From: Clostridia bacterium | GTDB lineage: Bacteria; Bacillota; Clostridia; Oscillospirales; CAG-272 | Assembly: GCA_017625755.1 (NCBI GenBank) | Contig: JAGAKG010000041.1 | Span: forward strand, 1,709 to 65,708 | DNA: 64,000 nucleotides | Reading direction: 5' to 3' | In this document: one piece after another, positions 1 through 8,711 of the stretch | Position numbering within the stretch: the first letter of the stretch is position 1 | How the letters are laid out: each line of letters starts with the position of its first letter | Notes under the pieces: model-generated | The model's input: the letters and a program-made list of their open reading frames with translations, nothing else | What the model was told of the DNA's origin: nothing | Databases searched by the model: none | Position numbers and translations under genes: made by a program

Positions 1-1
1 A

Positions 2-397
2 TATTTTGTAAGGAGCATAGCGGATTCGCTTTTGATATTTAACGGACACAGTGTCGAGCATTTTCCTTACGGATATGATGAATATTTAGAGAAAAAGCAG
101 ACACTCCCCGAGCAAAATGAAGAAAAAACTGCCGAGCCCGAGATTATAAAGGAAGGAAAGCAAAGCTATATGCTTTCAAAGGAGCGCTCGCGCCTTGAAA
201 GAAAGCTCCAAAGGACCAAGGCGAAAATAGAGGATCTTGAAAAATCGCTTGAGACAAAGCGAGCCGAGCTTGAGCTGCCCGAAAACGCAAGCGATTATAT
301 GAAGCTGTGCGAGCTTGGCGAGCAGATAGAAAATGACGAATTATCGATACTCTCCCTGATGGAGGAGTGCGAGGATATGGAAAATCAGTTAAAATAA
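2..397 (+). CDS. ABC-F family ATPase, C-terminal fragment (5' end lies outside the window)
   Basis: The reading frame is open from the window edge. ...ADSLLIFNGHSVEHFPYGYDEYLEKK is followed by a K/E-rich coiled-coil tail, typical of ABC-F C-termini. Confidence 0.6.
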   Translation, partial: YFVRSIADSLLIFNGHSVEHFPYGYDEYLEKKQTLPEQNEEKTAEPEIIKEGKQSYMLSKERSRLERKLQRTKAKIEDLEKSLETKRAELELPENASDYMKLCELGEQIENDELSILSLMEECEDMENQLK

Positions 398-419
398 ATA
401 TGCTTTGAAGGAGAACGAA

Positions 420-1967
420 ATGAAAATCAAAAGAATTATTTCGCTTTTTATGGCGCTTTTGCTTGCTTTATCGACACTCTGCCTTTTAGCCTGTGACGAT
501 TCGGGCGAGGACGATGTGCAAAGCTCCACGAACGGGGAAAGCGCTACCGAGGAATCGTCCAAGGATGAAACGACATCCGAGGAAACTACTACGGAAGAAA
601 CGACTACGGAAGAAACAACCGCAGAGGAAAGCTCAGATGAAGAAACAACATCCGAAGACTTCTCGTCAGAGGAAAGCTCCTCTGAGGAAACGACGAGCGA
701 GGAAAGCTCAAGTGAGAAAGAAGAGCCTGAGCCTGAGGATCCTGCGGATATTATAGATCCGAATGCTCCCGAAAATACCGATCTTAATATAATCGCATCG
801 GGAAGCAGTGAATATATAATCGTCTACGATTCCGATATTGATGTATTTTCAGAATACGCTCAGCTTCTTTCATTATACATAAACGAGCAGTTTGGCGTTA
901 CACTTTCCGTTTATTCCGATGAGGAAGCTCCTGCCGAGAGCACGAAAAGAATAGTTATAGGCGATGCTGACGAAAACGCCGTTTTCGTTAAAAATAAGCT
1001 CTATGAGTCGAACGATTTTGCCGTTGACGTGTGTGGCGACGATCTTATTCTTTATGCTGTAAGCGAATATGTTTACGAGTATCTTTTTGAGGTTGCAAAA
1101 AGAGAATTTTTCACCAAGGACGGCGAACAAGTCGACGTTACGGTTGCCAAGGATGCGGGCTTTATTTATCACAAGTCCGACTACACTCGCTACAACTACG
1201 CTCAGTATCTCAAGCTCAAAATGGGCAAGATAAGCTACGAAACGCTTCTTGAGCTGTTTGAAGCGCGCACGTACACAGCCGAGGACGGAACGGTTATTCC
1301 TTACAGATTTTACGTTCCTTCAAGCTACGATCCCGAAAACGAAACGACTCCGCTTCTCGTTATTCTTCACGGAGCAGGCGAGCGTGGAAACGATAATTCA
1401 AGACAGCTTATAAATCTTGTTCCCGATATTTTCTCTCTTAATATTTCTCCCTATGCGGATGCGATAATAATTTGCCCTCAATGTCCCGGCGGACAACAAT
1501 GGGTTGACACTCCTTGGTCTAACGGAAACTACAATATCAGCCACGTTCCCGAATCGAACGAGCTTGGCGCGGTTGTAGAGCTCATTTACGACGTAGAGGA
1601 CGAATACCGTCCCGACACGAGCCGTTATTACGTAATGGGACTTTCTATGGGCGGATTTGGAACTTGGGATCTTATAATGCGCCACACAGAGCTTTTTGCG
1701 GCGGCAATTCCGATCTGTGGCGGAGCAGACACAACTCAAGCGGAAAAGCTTAAGGATTTTCCGATCTGGACATTCCACGGCACAGCAGATTATACCGTTC
1801 CCTATACAGGAACCTATGAAATGAAAAAAGCCTTTGATGCAGTAGGCTCAAAGGTGTTCAAGTTTATGCCTATGGCGAACGCAGGGCATACTATCTGGTC
1901 GACGGTAGGACAGAATAGGGGATATGGGCGCTGGCTTTTCGAGCAAATAAAACCTGAGGAAAACTAA
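420..1967 (+). CDS. Secreted lipoprotein esterase (alpha/beta hydrolase) with an S/T/E-rich linker
   Basis: AAGGAG RBS before the ATG at 420. Signal peptide ends in lipobox LLAC. The C-terminal domain has LVILHGAGERG, the nucleophile elbow GLSMGG and HGTADYTVP. Confidence 0.75.
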   Translation: MKIKRIISLFMALLLALSTLCLLACDDSGEDDVQSSTNGESATEESSKDETTSEETTTEETTTEETTAEESSDEETTSEDFSSEESSSEETTSEESSSEKEEPEPEDPADIIDPNAPENTDLNIIASGSSEYIIVYDSDIDVFSEYAQLLSLYINEQFGVTLSVYSDEEAPAESTKRIVIGDADENAVFVKNKLYESNDFAVDVCGDDLILYAVSEYVYEYLFEVAKREFFTKDGEQVDVTVAKDAGFIYHKSDYTRYNYAQYLKLKMGKISYETLLELFEARTYTAEDGTVIPYRFYVPSSYDPENETTPLLVILHGAGERGNDNSRQLINLVPDIFSLNISPYADAIIICPQCPGGQQWVDTPWSNGNYNISHVPESNELGAVVELIYDVEDEYRPDTSRYYVMGLSMGGFGTWDLIMRHTELFAAAIPICGGADTTQAEKLKDFPIWTFHGTADYTVPYTGTYEMKKAFDAVGSKVFKFMPMANAGHTIWSTVGQNRGYGRWLFEQIKPEEN

Positions 1968-1974
1968 ACGGCGT

Positions 1975-2270
1975 TACACGTCGTTGTTCCTCGATGATGA
2001 ACTTGACGTACGCCATGTACGTCGGCGTCCAATCATCTGCGGTACGCCTAGTTTAACGTGTTTATTTTTCCTCAGCAAACAAAGTGAAAAGCTGCGTCGT
2101 TGTTCCTCGACAATGACTTCGACGTACGCGATGTACGCCATCAGCCTTTGTCTGCGGTACGCCGACCCTAAGGGCTCCCGCAAAATCCGAAAGGATTTTT
2201 GGGAATGGGGGTAATTTGCTTCTTGCACATCAGCAAACAAAGTGAAAAGCTACGTCGTTGTTCCTTACAA
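1975..2270. repeat. Degenerate tandem intergenic repeat, related to the dispersed repeat family
   Basis: CGTCGTTGTTCCTCGA...GACGTACGC.ATGTACG...CTGCGGTACGCC occurs at about 1979 and 2096. CAGCAAACAAAGTGAAAAGCT[GA]CGTCGTTGTTCCT occurs at 2073 and 2231. Confidence 0.7.
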
Positions 2271-2311
2271 AAACCTTTTAAACAGAGCTATAAATATGAT
2301 AAGGAGAAAAA

Positions 2312-3901
2312 ATGATTACTGCAAAAAATCCGATACTTTCGGGCTTTCATCCCGATCCTTCGATACTTCGCGTTGGTGAGGATTATTTCGTTGCCACGTC
2401 GACATTTCAGTGGTTTCCCGGAGTTTCGCTTTACCATTCGCGCGATCTTGTGAATTGGGAAGCGTTGCCCTCGCCGCTTAGCCGTTCATCTCAGCTCGAT
2501 ATGCAGGGCGATCCGAATTCGGGCGGAGTTTGGGGACCGTGTCTTTCGTACTGTGACGGAACGTTTTATCTTATCTACACGAACACGAGAAATTTTCACG
2601 GTATTTTCAAGGACACTCCGAACTATCTCGTTACAACGACTGATATTTTCGGCGGTGAGTGGAGCGAGCCTATTTATCTTAATTCAAGCGGCTTTGATCC
2701 GTCGCTCTTTCACGATGATGACGGGCGCAAATATCTTCTCAATATGCGTTGGGATCACCGAATGGAGTTTCACGATTTTGCGGGGATTCTTATGCAGGAA
2801 TATTCAGAGAAGGAAAAGAAGCTCGTCGGCGAGATAAAAACTATTTTCAAGGGAACGCCCATCGGCGCGACCGAGGCTCCGCATCTTTATAAAAAGAACG
2901 GATATTATTATCTTATGCTTGCCGAGGGCGGAACGATGTACAATCACGGAGTTCAGCTTGCGCGCTCAAAAAATCTTTGGGGGCCGTACGAGGCTGATCC
3001 GCTTTCGCTTCTTACGACGAGAAATGATCCTTCAAGTCCGCTTCAGCGCACAGGTCACGCCTCGTATATTGAAACGCCTGACGGCGACGGATACGTTGCG
3101 TATCTTTGTGCAAGACCGATTGGGGAAAAGAAGCGTTCTATTCTCGGCAGAGAAACGGCTATTGCCAATGTCGAATGGCGCGACGGCTGGCTTCGCTTAA
3201 AGGACTCCGATACGTTGACTCCGCCGACGGAGTATAAGGTTTTTCTTGAGGAGCATAAATATCCTTGCTCTGACATAAGAGATTATTTTGATTGCGATAC
3301 GCTTCCGCATCATTATAAGACTCTGCGCTTACCTCTTGAAAGAATTGGCTCTCTTACGGAAAGGCGCGGATTTTTGCGTCTTTACGGACAGCAAGCGATA
3401 ACCTCGTGTGACGTGCAGAGCCTTGTCGGCAGACGGCTTCAGCATTTTAAATCGCAAAGCACTACTTATCTTGAATTTGATCCGAAAACTTTTCAGCAGA
3501 TGGCGGGTCTTACGGTATTTTACGATACTTATAATTTCTTTTACCTTTATATGTCGCGCGATGAGGAAAGCGGGCAGAACGCGCTTCGCATAGTCGTTCG
3601 CGATAATCTTAAATTCTACAATCCGATAAACGGCTTTAAAATTCTTATTGGGGAAAGCAAATGCGTTTGGCTAAGAGTCAATATCGACAGCCTGTGCCTT
3701 TCGTTCTCGTATTCTCTTGACGGAGAGGAATTTTTCTCTATCGGCGGTGAGCTTGATTGCTCGGATCTTAGTGACGAGGCGTATGTCGATATCGGTCACG
3801 AGGGACATACGGGCACGTTCGTTGGTATGGCTTGTCAGGATCTTACCGGTGAGCGAATCGGCGCGGATTTTAAGTTTTTTGAATACAAAAGCCTTGAATA
3901 A
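2312..3901 (+). CDS. GH43 beta-xylosidase / alpha-L-arabinofuranosidase
   Basis: N-terminus NPILSGFHPDPSILRVGEDYFVATSTFQWFPGVSLYHSRDLVNWE is a classic XynB-type GH43 signature. The length (529 aa) fits a catalytic domain plus a beta-sandwich domain. Confidence 0.85.
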   Translation: MITAKNPILSGFHPDPSILRVGEDYFVATSTFQWFPGVSLYHSRDLVNWEALPSPLSRSSQLDMQGDPNSGGVWGPCLSYCDGTFYLIYTNTRNFHGIFKDTPNYLVTTTDIFGGEWSEPIYLNSSGFDPSLFHDDDGRKYLLNMRWDHRMEFHDFAGILMQEYSEKEKKLVGEIKTIFKGTPIGATEAPHLYKKNGYYYLMLAEGGTMYNHGVQLARSKNLWGPYEADPLSLLTTRNDPSSPLQRTGHASYIETPDGDGYVAYLCARPIGEKKRSILGRETAIANVEWRDGWLRLKDSDTLTPPTEYKVFLEEHKYPCSDIRDYFDCDTLPHHYKTLRLPLERIGSLTERRGFLRLYGQQAITSCDVQSLVGRRLQHFKSQSTTYLEFDPKTFQQMAGLTVFYDTYNFFYLYMSRDEESGQNALRIVVRDNLKFYNPINGFKILIGESKCVWLRVNIDSLCLSFSYSLDGEEFFSIGGELDCSDLSDEAYVDIGHEGHTGTFVGMACQDLTGERIGADFKFFEYKSLE

Positions 3902-3916
3902 AATAAAAAGAGCAGA
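3863..3916. repeat. Left copy of a 53/54-bp direct repeat (GH43 3' end plus start of terminator)
   Basis: GCGGATTTTAAGTTTTTTGAATACAAAAGCCTTGAATAAAATAAAAAGAGCAGA differs from 4681-4733 by one substitution and one A indel. Confidence 0.9.
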
Positions 3917-3956
3917 CATACAAGAAATTTTCTTCTTGCGTGTCTGCTCTTCGTTT

Positions 3957-4145
3957 TTAATTTTGCGGAGGATAAGTTATTTCACCCTCGGATTTTTCAA
4001 AATCCTTTATTGCCTGTCTTATGAGAAATAAAATTTCTCCATTCGCAGAGCGACCGTAATATTTTGAAATATAATGAAGCTTGTAATGAAGCTCGGGATC
4101 AATCTCTATTCCTAAATACTTGTTTTCTTTATTTCTCATAAACAC
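3957..4145 (-). CDS. Ribbon-helix-helix (Arc/CopG-like) DNA-binding protein
   Basis: 62 aa. YLGIEIDPELHYKLHYISKYYGRSANGEILFLIRQAIKDFE shows a beta-alpha-alpha RHH pattern. It is divergent from the SLOG gene. Confidence 0.6.
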   Translation of the reverse strand: MFMRNKENKYLGIEIDPELHYKLHYISKYYGRSANGEILFLIRQAIKDFEKSEGEITYPPQN

Positions 4146-4154
4146 CTCTAAAAT

Positions 4155-4217
4155 CTTAATTTAAGTATATTTTAAGATTATTTTATGGTATAATGTTGTT
4201 GGTATACTTAAATTAAG
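4155..4217. promoter_or_regulatory. Divergent promoter region with two palindromic operator-like sites
   Basis: CTTAATTTAAGTATA (4155-4169) and its inverted copy TATACTTAAATTAAG (4203-4217) flank a GGTATAATG -10 box. Each site is itself near-palindromic (ACTTAA-n-TTAAGT). Confidence 0.5.
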
Positions 4218-4251
4218 TATACTGAATTTTTGAATTTTAGGAGAGGGATTT

Positions 4252-4719
4252 ATGAATTGTACTTTTTTTGGACATCATGATGCACCGGAGCATATAAAAC
4301 CAAAATTAAAAGAAACCATCTTGAATATTTTTGACAGAGGAGTTAGCAGCTTTTATGTTGGAAATAACGGAAGATTTGATTTTTTAGTGCAGGAAGCGTT
4401 AAACGAATTAAATAAAAGCTATTCAATAAAATATAGCATCATTTTGTCTTATTTAAATGAAAAAGCAATAATCGGTAATCAAGAGAATACGTTATATCCG
4501 GAGGAATTAGAGGGTGTTTATCAACGTTTTGCAATTTCAAAACGAAATGAATGGCTTTTGAAAAAATCTTCAATCATAATTGCCTATGTGCAAAATTCCT
4601 TCTCTAATTCTTACAAGTGGATAGAAAAAGCAAGAAAAAAAGGCTTGATAATTATAAATTTAGCAAGCGCCGATCTAAGTGCGGATTTTAAGCTTTTTGA
4701 ATACAAAAGCCTTGAATAA
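4252..4719 (+). CDS. SLOG/DUF1273 (YpsA-like) family protein whose C-terminus is encoded by duplicated GH43 sequence
   Basis: GGAGAGGG RBS. N-terminus CTFFGHHD...FYVGNNGRFDFLVQEAL resembles the DUF1273 pattern C-FTGHR...G-GFD. The last 12 aa (ADFKLFEYKSLE) repeat the GH43 C-terminus. Confidence 0.55.
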   Translation: MNCTFFGHHDAPEHIKPKLKETILNIFDRGVSSFYVGNNGRFDFLVQEALNELNKSYSIKYSIILSYLNEKAIIGNQENTLYPEELEGVYQRFAISKRNEWLLKKSSIIIAYVQNSFSNSYKWIEKARKKGLIIINLASADLSADFKLFEYKSLE

Positions 4720-4733
4720 AATAAAAGAGCAGA
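4681..4733. repeat. Right copy of the 53/54-bp direct repeat
   Basis: See 3863-3916. It is followed by the hairpin AGAGCAGA-GAAA-TCTGCTCT. Confidence 0.9.
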
Positions 4734-4793
4734 GAAATCTGCTCTTTCATTATCATAAATTGATGAAAATTTTTCAGTGTCTGCCGAGAACGG

Positions 4794-5093
4794 TCATAAA
4801 AAGAAAAGCATTGTGACAAGCACGCTGACGATGACGGTTACGGCGGTTGGCATTCTTTTTATGCACGAGAGCACGATAGCTGCGAGCGCGCCGACAGCGC
4901 CGACATACCACCTTGACGCATCAACGCTCAGAACTCCGGGAAATATGAGCGCGCCGAGGGCGGTAAACGGAATAAGATTTAAAAACTTTTCAGCCTTAGG
5001 GCTTATTTTTATTTTGTCTGTTATAAACGACGGTAAAAGGCGCACGCCGTAGGTAACGACCATCATACAAAGAGCGAGTAATATGTAATTCAT
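4794..5093 (-). CDS. azlD: Branched-chain amino acid transport protein AzlD
   Basis: 99-aa hydrophobic protein beginning MNYILLALCMMVVTYGVRLLP. ATGA start/stop overlap with the upstream azlC. Confidence 0.75.
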   Translation of the reverse strand: MNYILLALCMMVVTYGVRLLPSFITDKIKISPKAEKFLNLIPFTALGALIFPGVLSVDASRWYVGAVGALAAIVLSCIKRMPTAVTVIVSVLVTMLFFL

Positions 5094-5821
5094 ACGTTCT
5101 CCTCCTTTTTGGGCAGGGGAGTGTCTGAATTTTGCGCCTCGGGGTCTTTTACGAACCACACTCCGAAAAGAGCGCACGCAATACAGGAAACGATTATAGC
5201 CCAGCTTGATTTCAAGCCTATCCACACAAGAATGCTGTTTACGATAGCGGTGAGGATGACGAGCAGAATAAGACGCAGATTTTTTCTTATTCCGGGAACG
5301 AGAATAGAAATAAAGAGTGCGTAAAGAGCAATTCCCAAAGCGTTTGAAATCTGCTCGGGTAAAATGTTGCTTGCAAGCGCGCCGATTACCGTTCCGCCAA
5401 CCCACGAGCCGTAGGTAACGACGATAACGCCGTACATAAACCAAGGCGTGCAATCCCTTTCGGACATTGTGGCGGTAAGCGCGAAGGATTCGTCCGTTAC
5501 GCCGAACGAGCAGATAAGCTTTTCGCCGAGATTGGTTTTACCTATCTTTCTCATAATGCAGGTGCCCATTATGAAGTGTCTTAGGTTCACGATAAAGGTA
5601 GCGAAAACAACCTCAAAAAACGCAGAGCTGAGGGATATCAGCTCAAGCGCCATTATCTGTGAAGCTCCCGCGAAAACGAAAACGGACATAAGTATCGTTT
5701 CGCTCGTTGAGAAGCCTGTTTCGCCTGCTAAAACGGCAAAAGCCATAGCTACGGGAATGAAGCCGAACATAACGGGAACGGAGCGCCTCATTCCGAATAA
5801 AAACTGTTTTCTTCTTGTCAT
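5090..5821 (-). CDS. azlC: AzlC family branched-chain amino acid permease component
   Basis: Polytopic membrane protein with PVMFGFIPVAMAFAVLA...FAGASQ, paired with azlD. Confidence 0.75.
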   Translation of the reverse strand: MTRRKQFLFGMRRSVPVMFGFIPVAMAFAVLAGETGFSTSETILMSVFVFAGASQIMALELISLSSAFFEVVFATFIVNLRHFIMGTCIMRKIGKTNLGEKLICSFGVTDESFALTATMSERDCTPWFMYGVIVVTYGSWVGGTVIGALASNILPEQISNALGIALYALFISILVPGIRKNLRLILLVILTAIVNSILVWIGLKSSWAIIVSCIACALFGVWFVKDPEAQNSDTPLPKKEENV

Positions 5822-5838
5822 ATTTTCTCTCTTTAAAA

Positions 5839-6567
5839 TTAAAGCGGTTTTTTGGATATTTGCGAATTGTTGCGCGGATATTTTTTGGGTGTCGGAGCGA
5901 TTTTTTCGATTATAACCATCGTTCTCGTCAGCTCCTCAAAATCGTTTTTGAGTGTATATTCAACCACAGAGTCGAGCCTTCCGCCAAGCAGAGATATTGC
6001 GCTCTCGGCGTTTTTTATCTCCTCTGCGGTGGTAAGCGACTTCATAGCTATAAATTTTCCGCCCACCTTAACAAGAGGCAGACAAAGCTCGCAAAGCAGA
6101 GAAAGCTTTCCAAGCGCGCGTGCGCAGGAAACATCAAAGCTCTCGCGAAAATCATTGTTTTGTCCAAGCTCCTCTGCGCGCGAATTTGATACGCTAACGT
6201 TATTTAAACCGAGCTTTTGTGCGGTTTCATTAACGTAGGTCACCTTTTTTGTAACGCTGTCAACGCCGATTATCGACACGTCAGGGCGTAAAATTGCAAT
6301 AGGCAGGGTAGGAAAGCCACCGCCGCAGCCGATATCGCATACGCGCGCGCCGTCCTTTATGTAAGGAATTATCGCCACAGAGTCCACAAAATGCTTCAAA
6401 ATAACGCCGTCGGTGTCCCTTATGGCAGTAAGATTAAGATGCTCGTTTACCTCAAGCATACGTGAGCAAAGCGCCTCGAACACCTCGGCGCTTTTTTCTG
6501 TTATTAAATCTTTAGTAGCCTCGTTTTTGTCGGCTATTCTTATAAGCTCTTTAGAAAATTCGGTCAT
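5839..6567 (-). CDS. rsmG: 16S rRNA (guanine527-N7)-methyltransferase RsmG
   Basis: LNLTAIRD...ILKHFVDS and the SAM motif DIGCGGGFP. Confidence 0.85.
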   Translation of the reverse strand: MTEFSKELIRIADKNEATKDLITEKSAEVFEALCSRMLEVNEHLNLTAIRDTDGVILKHFVDSVAIIPYIKDGARVCDIGCGGGFPTLPIAILRPDVSIIGVDSVTKKVTYVNETAQKLGLNNVSVSNSRAEELGQNNDFRESFDVSCARALGKLSLLCELCLPLVKVGGKFIAMKSLTTAEEIKNAESAISLLGGRLDSVVEYTLKNDFEELTRTMVIIEKIAPTPKKYPRNNSQISKKPL

Positions 6568-7478
6568 TGTTGCCTCAGCCTTGTAAGTAATTTTTCAAAT
6601 TCCTCGGGAAGTGGCGAGGAAAAGGTCATGATTTCCTTTGTTTTGGGATGCGGAAAGGAAAGCTCTTTTGCGTGCAGGCACTGTCCGTGAAGCAGACCTG
6701 CATTTGCTTTTTCAAACGGAGTTTTGCCGCCGCCGTACACAGTGTCGCCTATTATTGGGTGACCTATATGGCTCATATGGACTCTTATCTGATGAGTTCT
6801 GCCTGTTTCAAGCTCCATTTTTGCGTAAGTGTAGGACGGAAGATACTCAATAACCTCGCAGTGAGTGATCGCCTCTCTGCCGCCTGCCACGACAGCCATT
6901 CGCTTTCGGTCGACGGGGTGTCGCGCAATCGGCGCATTTATAGTTTGACGGTCGCTTTTTAAGTGCCCTGTAAGTATTGCGTGGTATGTGCGCTTTATTC
7001 CGTGATCCTTTAAAAGAGAGGAAAGAAATATATGTGCCTCGTCGGTCTTGGCGCAGACCAAAAGTCCGCTGGTGTCCTTATCTATTCTGTGAACTATTCC
7101 GGGGCGGATAACTCCGTTTATCCCAGACAGAGTGTCTTTACAATGATATAAAAGAGCATTTACGAGTGTTCCGCTTTCGTTGCCCGGCGCGGGATGAACA
7201 ACCATACCTGACGGTTTATTTATAACGATTATCTCACTATCCTCGTAGATTATATCAAGAGGGATATTTTCGGGCTGAGCATCAAGCTCGCGCATTTCCT
7301 GCTCCTCGGCTTCTATTTCGTCGCCCTCGCGCAGACGGTAGTTTTTACTCTCGCTTTTTCCGTTTACGGTGACGTAGCCACCCTCGATAAGCCCTTGTGC
7401 GCTTGAGCGAGTTATGCCAAGAGCTTCGGAAACAAACACGTCAAGGCGTTTTTTTGCGTTTTCAGCCGTTATTTTCAT
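6564..7478 (-). CDS. rluD: RluA/RluD-family 23S rRNA pseudouridine synthase
   Basis: N-terminal S4-like segment, catalytic HRIDKDTSGLLV, and RTHQIRVH. Start assigned to the ATG at 7478 (MKITAEN). Confidence 0.85.
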   Translation of the reverse strand: MKITAENAKKRLDVFVSEALGITRSSAQGLIEGGYVTVNGKSESKNYRLREGDEIEAEEQEMRELDAQPENIPLDIIYEDSEIIVINKPSGMVVHPAPGNESGTLVNALLYHCKDTLSGINGVIRPGIVHRIDKDTSGLLVCAKTDEAHIFLSSLLKDHGIKRTYHAILTGHLKSDRQTINAPIARHPVDRKRMAVVAGGREAITHCEVIEYLPSYTYAKMELETGRTHQIRVHMSHIGHPIIGDTVYGGGKTPFEKANAGLLHGQCLHAKELSFPHPKTKEIMTFSSPLPEEFEKLLTRLRQQ

Positions 7479-7998
7479 CTTTTTTGTCAGCCTTTTTCTT
7501 GTTTTTAAATTCGAGAACAATCTCCTTAACGAGCCAAACGAGAATTACAGCAATACCGATACATACAAATGAGTCTGCAATATTGAAAACGTAAAAGCCC
7601 GTCACCTCGCCCTCGGCGAAGTTATATATTCTCACAAAGCGCATATCTATCATATCAACGACAAAGCCGCGAAGGGTGCGGTCTATCATATTTCCGACAC
7701 CTCCGCTTATTACGAGCGCAAGGGAGATCTTTACTATATTGCTTTCCTTACAGAAGCGGAAAAGATATATGCAAAGGGCGATAATTCCCACCGTGGAAAG
7801 GATCATAAATATCCATCTGCTGTCGGATAGCATACCGAAAGCCGCGCCTCTGTTCTGAACGTAGGTTATATGAAAAACATCCTCGATCACCGCAACGCTT
7901 TCGCCTCGCTCCATAAGGGAATCGACAAGGATCTTGCTTATTTGGTCAAGCGCGACTCCGCCACAGATGATTATAATTAAAATTACGTAAAAGGGCAT
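7462..7998 (-). CDS. lspA: Lipoprotein signal peptidase II
   Basis: NRGAAFG and FNIADSFVCIG motifs with four TM segments. Conserved lspA-rluD synteny. Confidence 0.85.
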   Translation of the reverse strand: MPFYVILIIIICGGVALDQISKILVDSLMERGESVAVIEDVFHITYVQNRGAAFGMLSDSRWIFMILSTVGIIALCIYLFRFCKESNIVKISLALVISGGVGNMIDRTLRGFVVDMIDMRFVRIYNFAEGEVTGFYVFNIADSFVCIGIAVILVWLVKEIVLEFKNKKKADKKDENNG

Positions 7999-8016
7999 AA
8001 TTTCTCCTTTGATTGA

Positions 8017-8301
8017 TCACGCGTACACGACAAACGCGGATAATACCGAGCTTGCCATGCCGATAAAAAGATAGAGAACTATAAAGGAAAGGTCGATAGG
8101 GCAACGGCGAACGAAGGAAATACGCATAAGCAAATTCCTTATTGGAGCGACGATAGGCTCTGTGATCGCAGTGGCTATTCTGTTTACCTTTGACTCTCTG
8201 AAATAAGGCGCCCAAGAGCATATGGCGCGAACGATGAGGACGATCTCGAAAAGACTTAATAAATATATAAGCGTATAAGCTATGACTTTAATAAAATCCA
8301 T
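8017..8301 (-). CDS. YggT family membrane protein
   Basis: 94 aa, IVRAICSW...TEPIVAPIR...IDLSFIV. Lies downstream of sepF, as in Firmicutes dcw-distal clusters. Confidence 0.75.
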   Translation of the reverse strand: MDFIKVIAYTLIYLLSLFEIVLIVRAICSWAPYFRESKVNRIATAITEPIVAPIRNLLMRISFVRRCPIDLSFIVLYLFIGMASSVLSAFVVYA

Positions 8302-8321
8302 AATATCTCCTCAAAAATTTT

Positions 8322-8711
8322 TTAAATATCCGAAAATGTGTCCTCGCTATCCTCCGAGCTTTCAAAAGCCTCACCGCTTACATCAACGTCGCGCGGAGCG
8401 ATAAAATAGGAATCCTTAGTTGCTTTTTTGATATTTGAATTAAGCGCGTAGGCAACACCGCTTATGAAATCTATCATTCTGCGACAGATAGCGCGGTCGA
8501 GCCCCTCAAGATTAAGAAGAACCGTCTTCCCGTCGAGCAAGCAATCTGCGGCAACGAGTATTTGCTCGAACTCAGAGGGCTTTATTACCTTTAATTCGAT
8601 ATTTGCTCCGTCAAGAGCTATGCTTGCGCCCTCGTCATTTTGCTCCTCAAGCTCCTCGTCAAGCTCGTCCTCCTCGTTATAGCGATTGAAAAATTTACTG
8701 AAAAGTCCCAT
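8322..8711 (-). CDS. sepF: Cell division protein SepF
   Basis: Acidic N-terminus followed by the DUF552 core LLDGKTVLLNLEGLD...IDFISGVAYAL. Confidence 0.8.
   Translation of the reverse strand: MGLFSKFFNRYNEEDELDEELEEQNDEGASIALDGANIELKVIKPSEFEQILVAADCLLDGKTVLLNLEGLDRAICRRMIDFISGVAYALNSNIKKATKDSYFIAPRDVDVSGEAFESSEDSEDTFSDI

Noticed and set aside
493-756. 87-aa extremely K/R-rich ORF
   Set aside because: It is an alternative frame of the GAA/GAG-rich S/T/E linker of the esterase lipoprotein, and so an artefact of the repeat composition.
5094-5453. N-terminal 120-aa extension of the azlD ORF (4794-5453 as listed in the ORF track)
   Set aside because: The extension overlaps azlC in another frame and is R/K-rich nonsense. 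The hydrophobic AzlD protein starts at the ATG at 5093, with an ATGA overlap to azlC.
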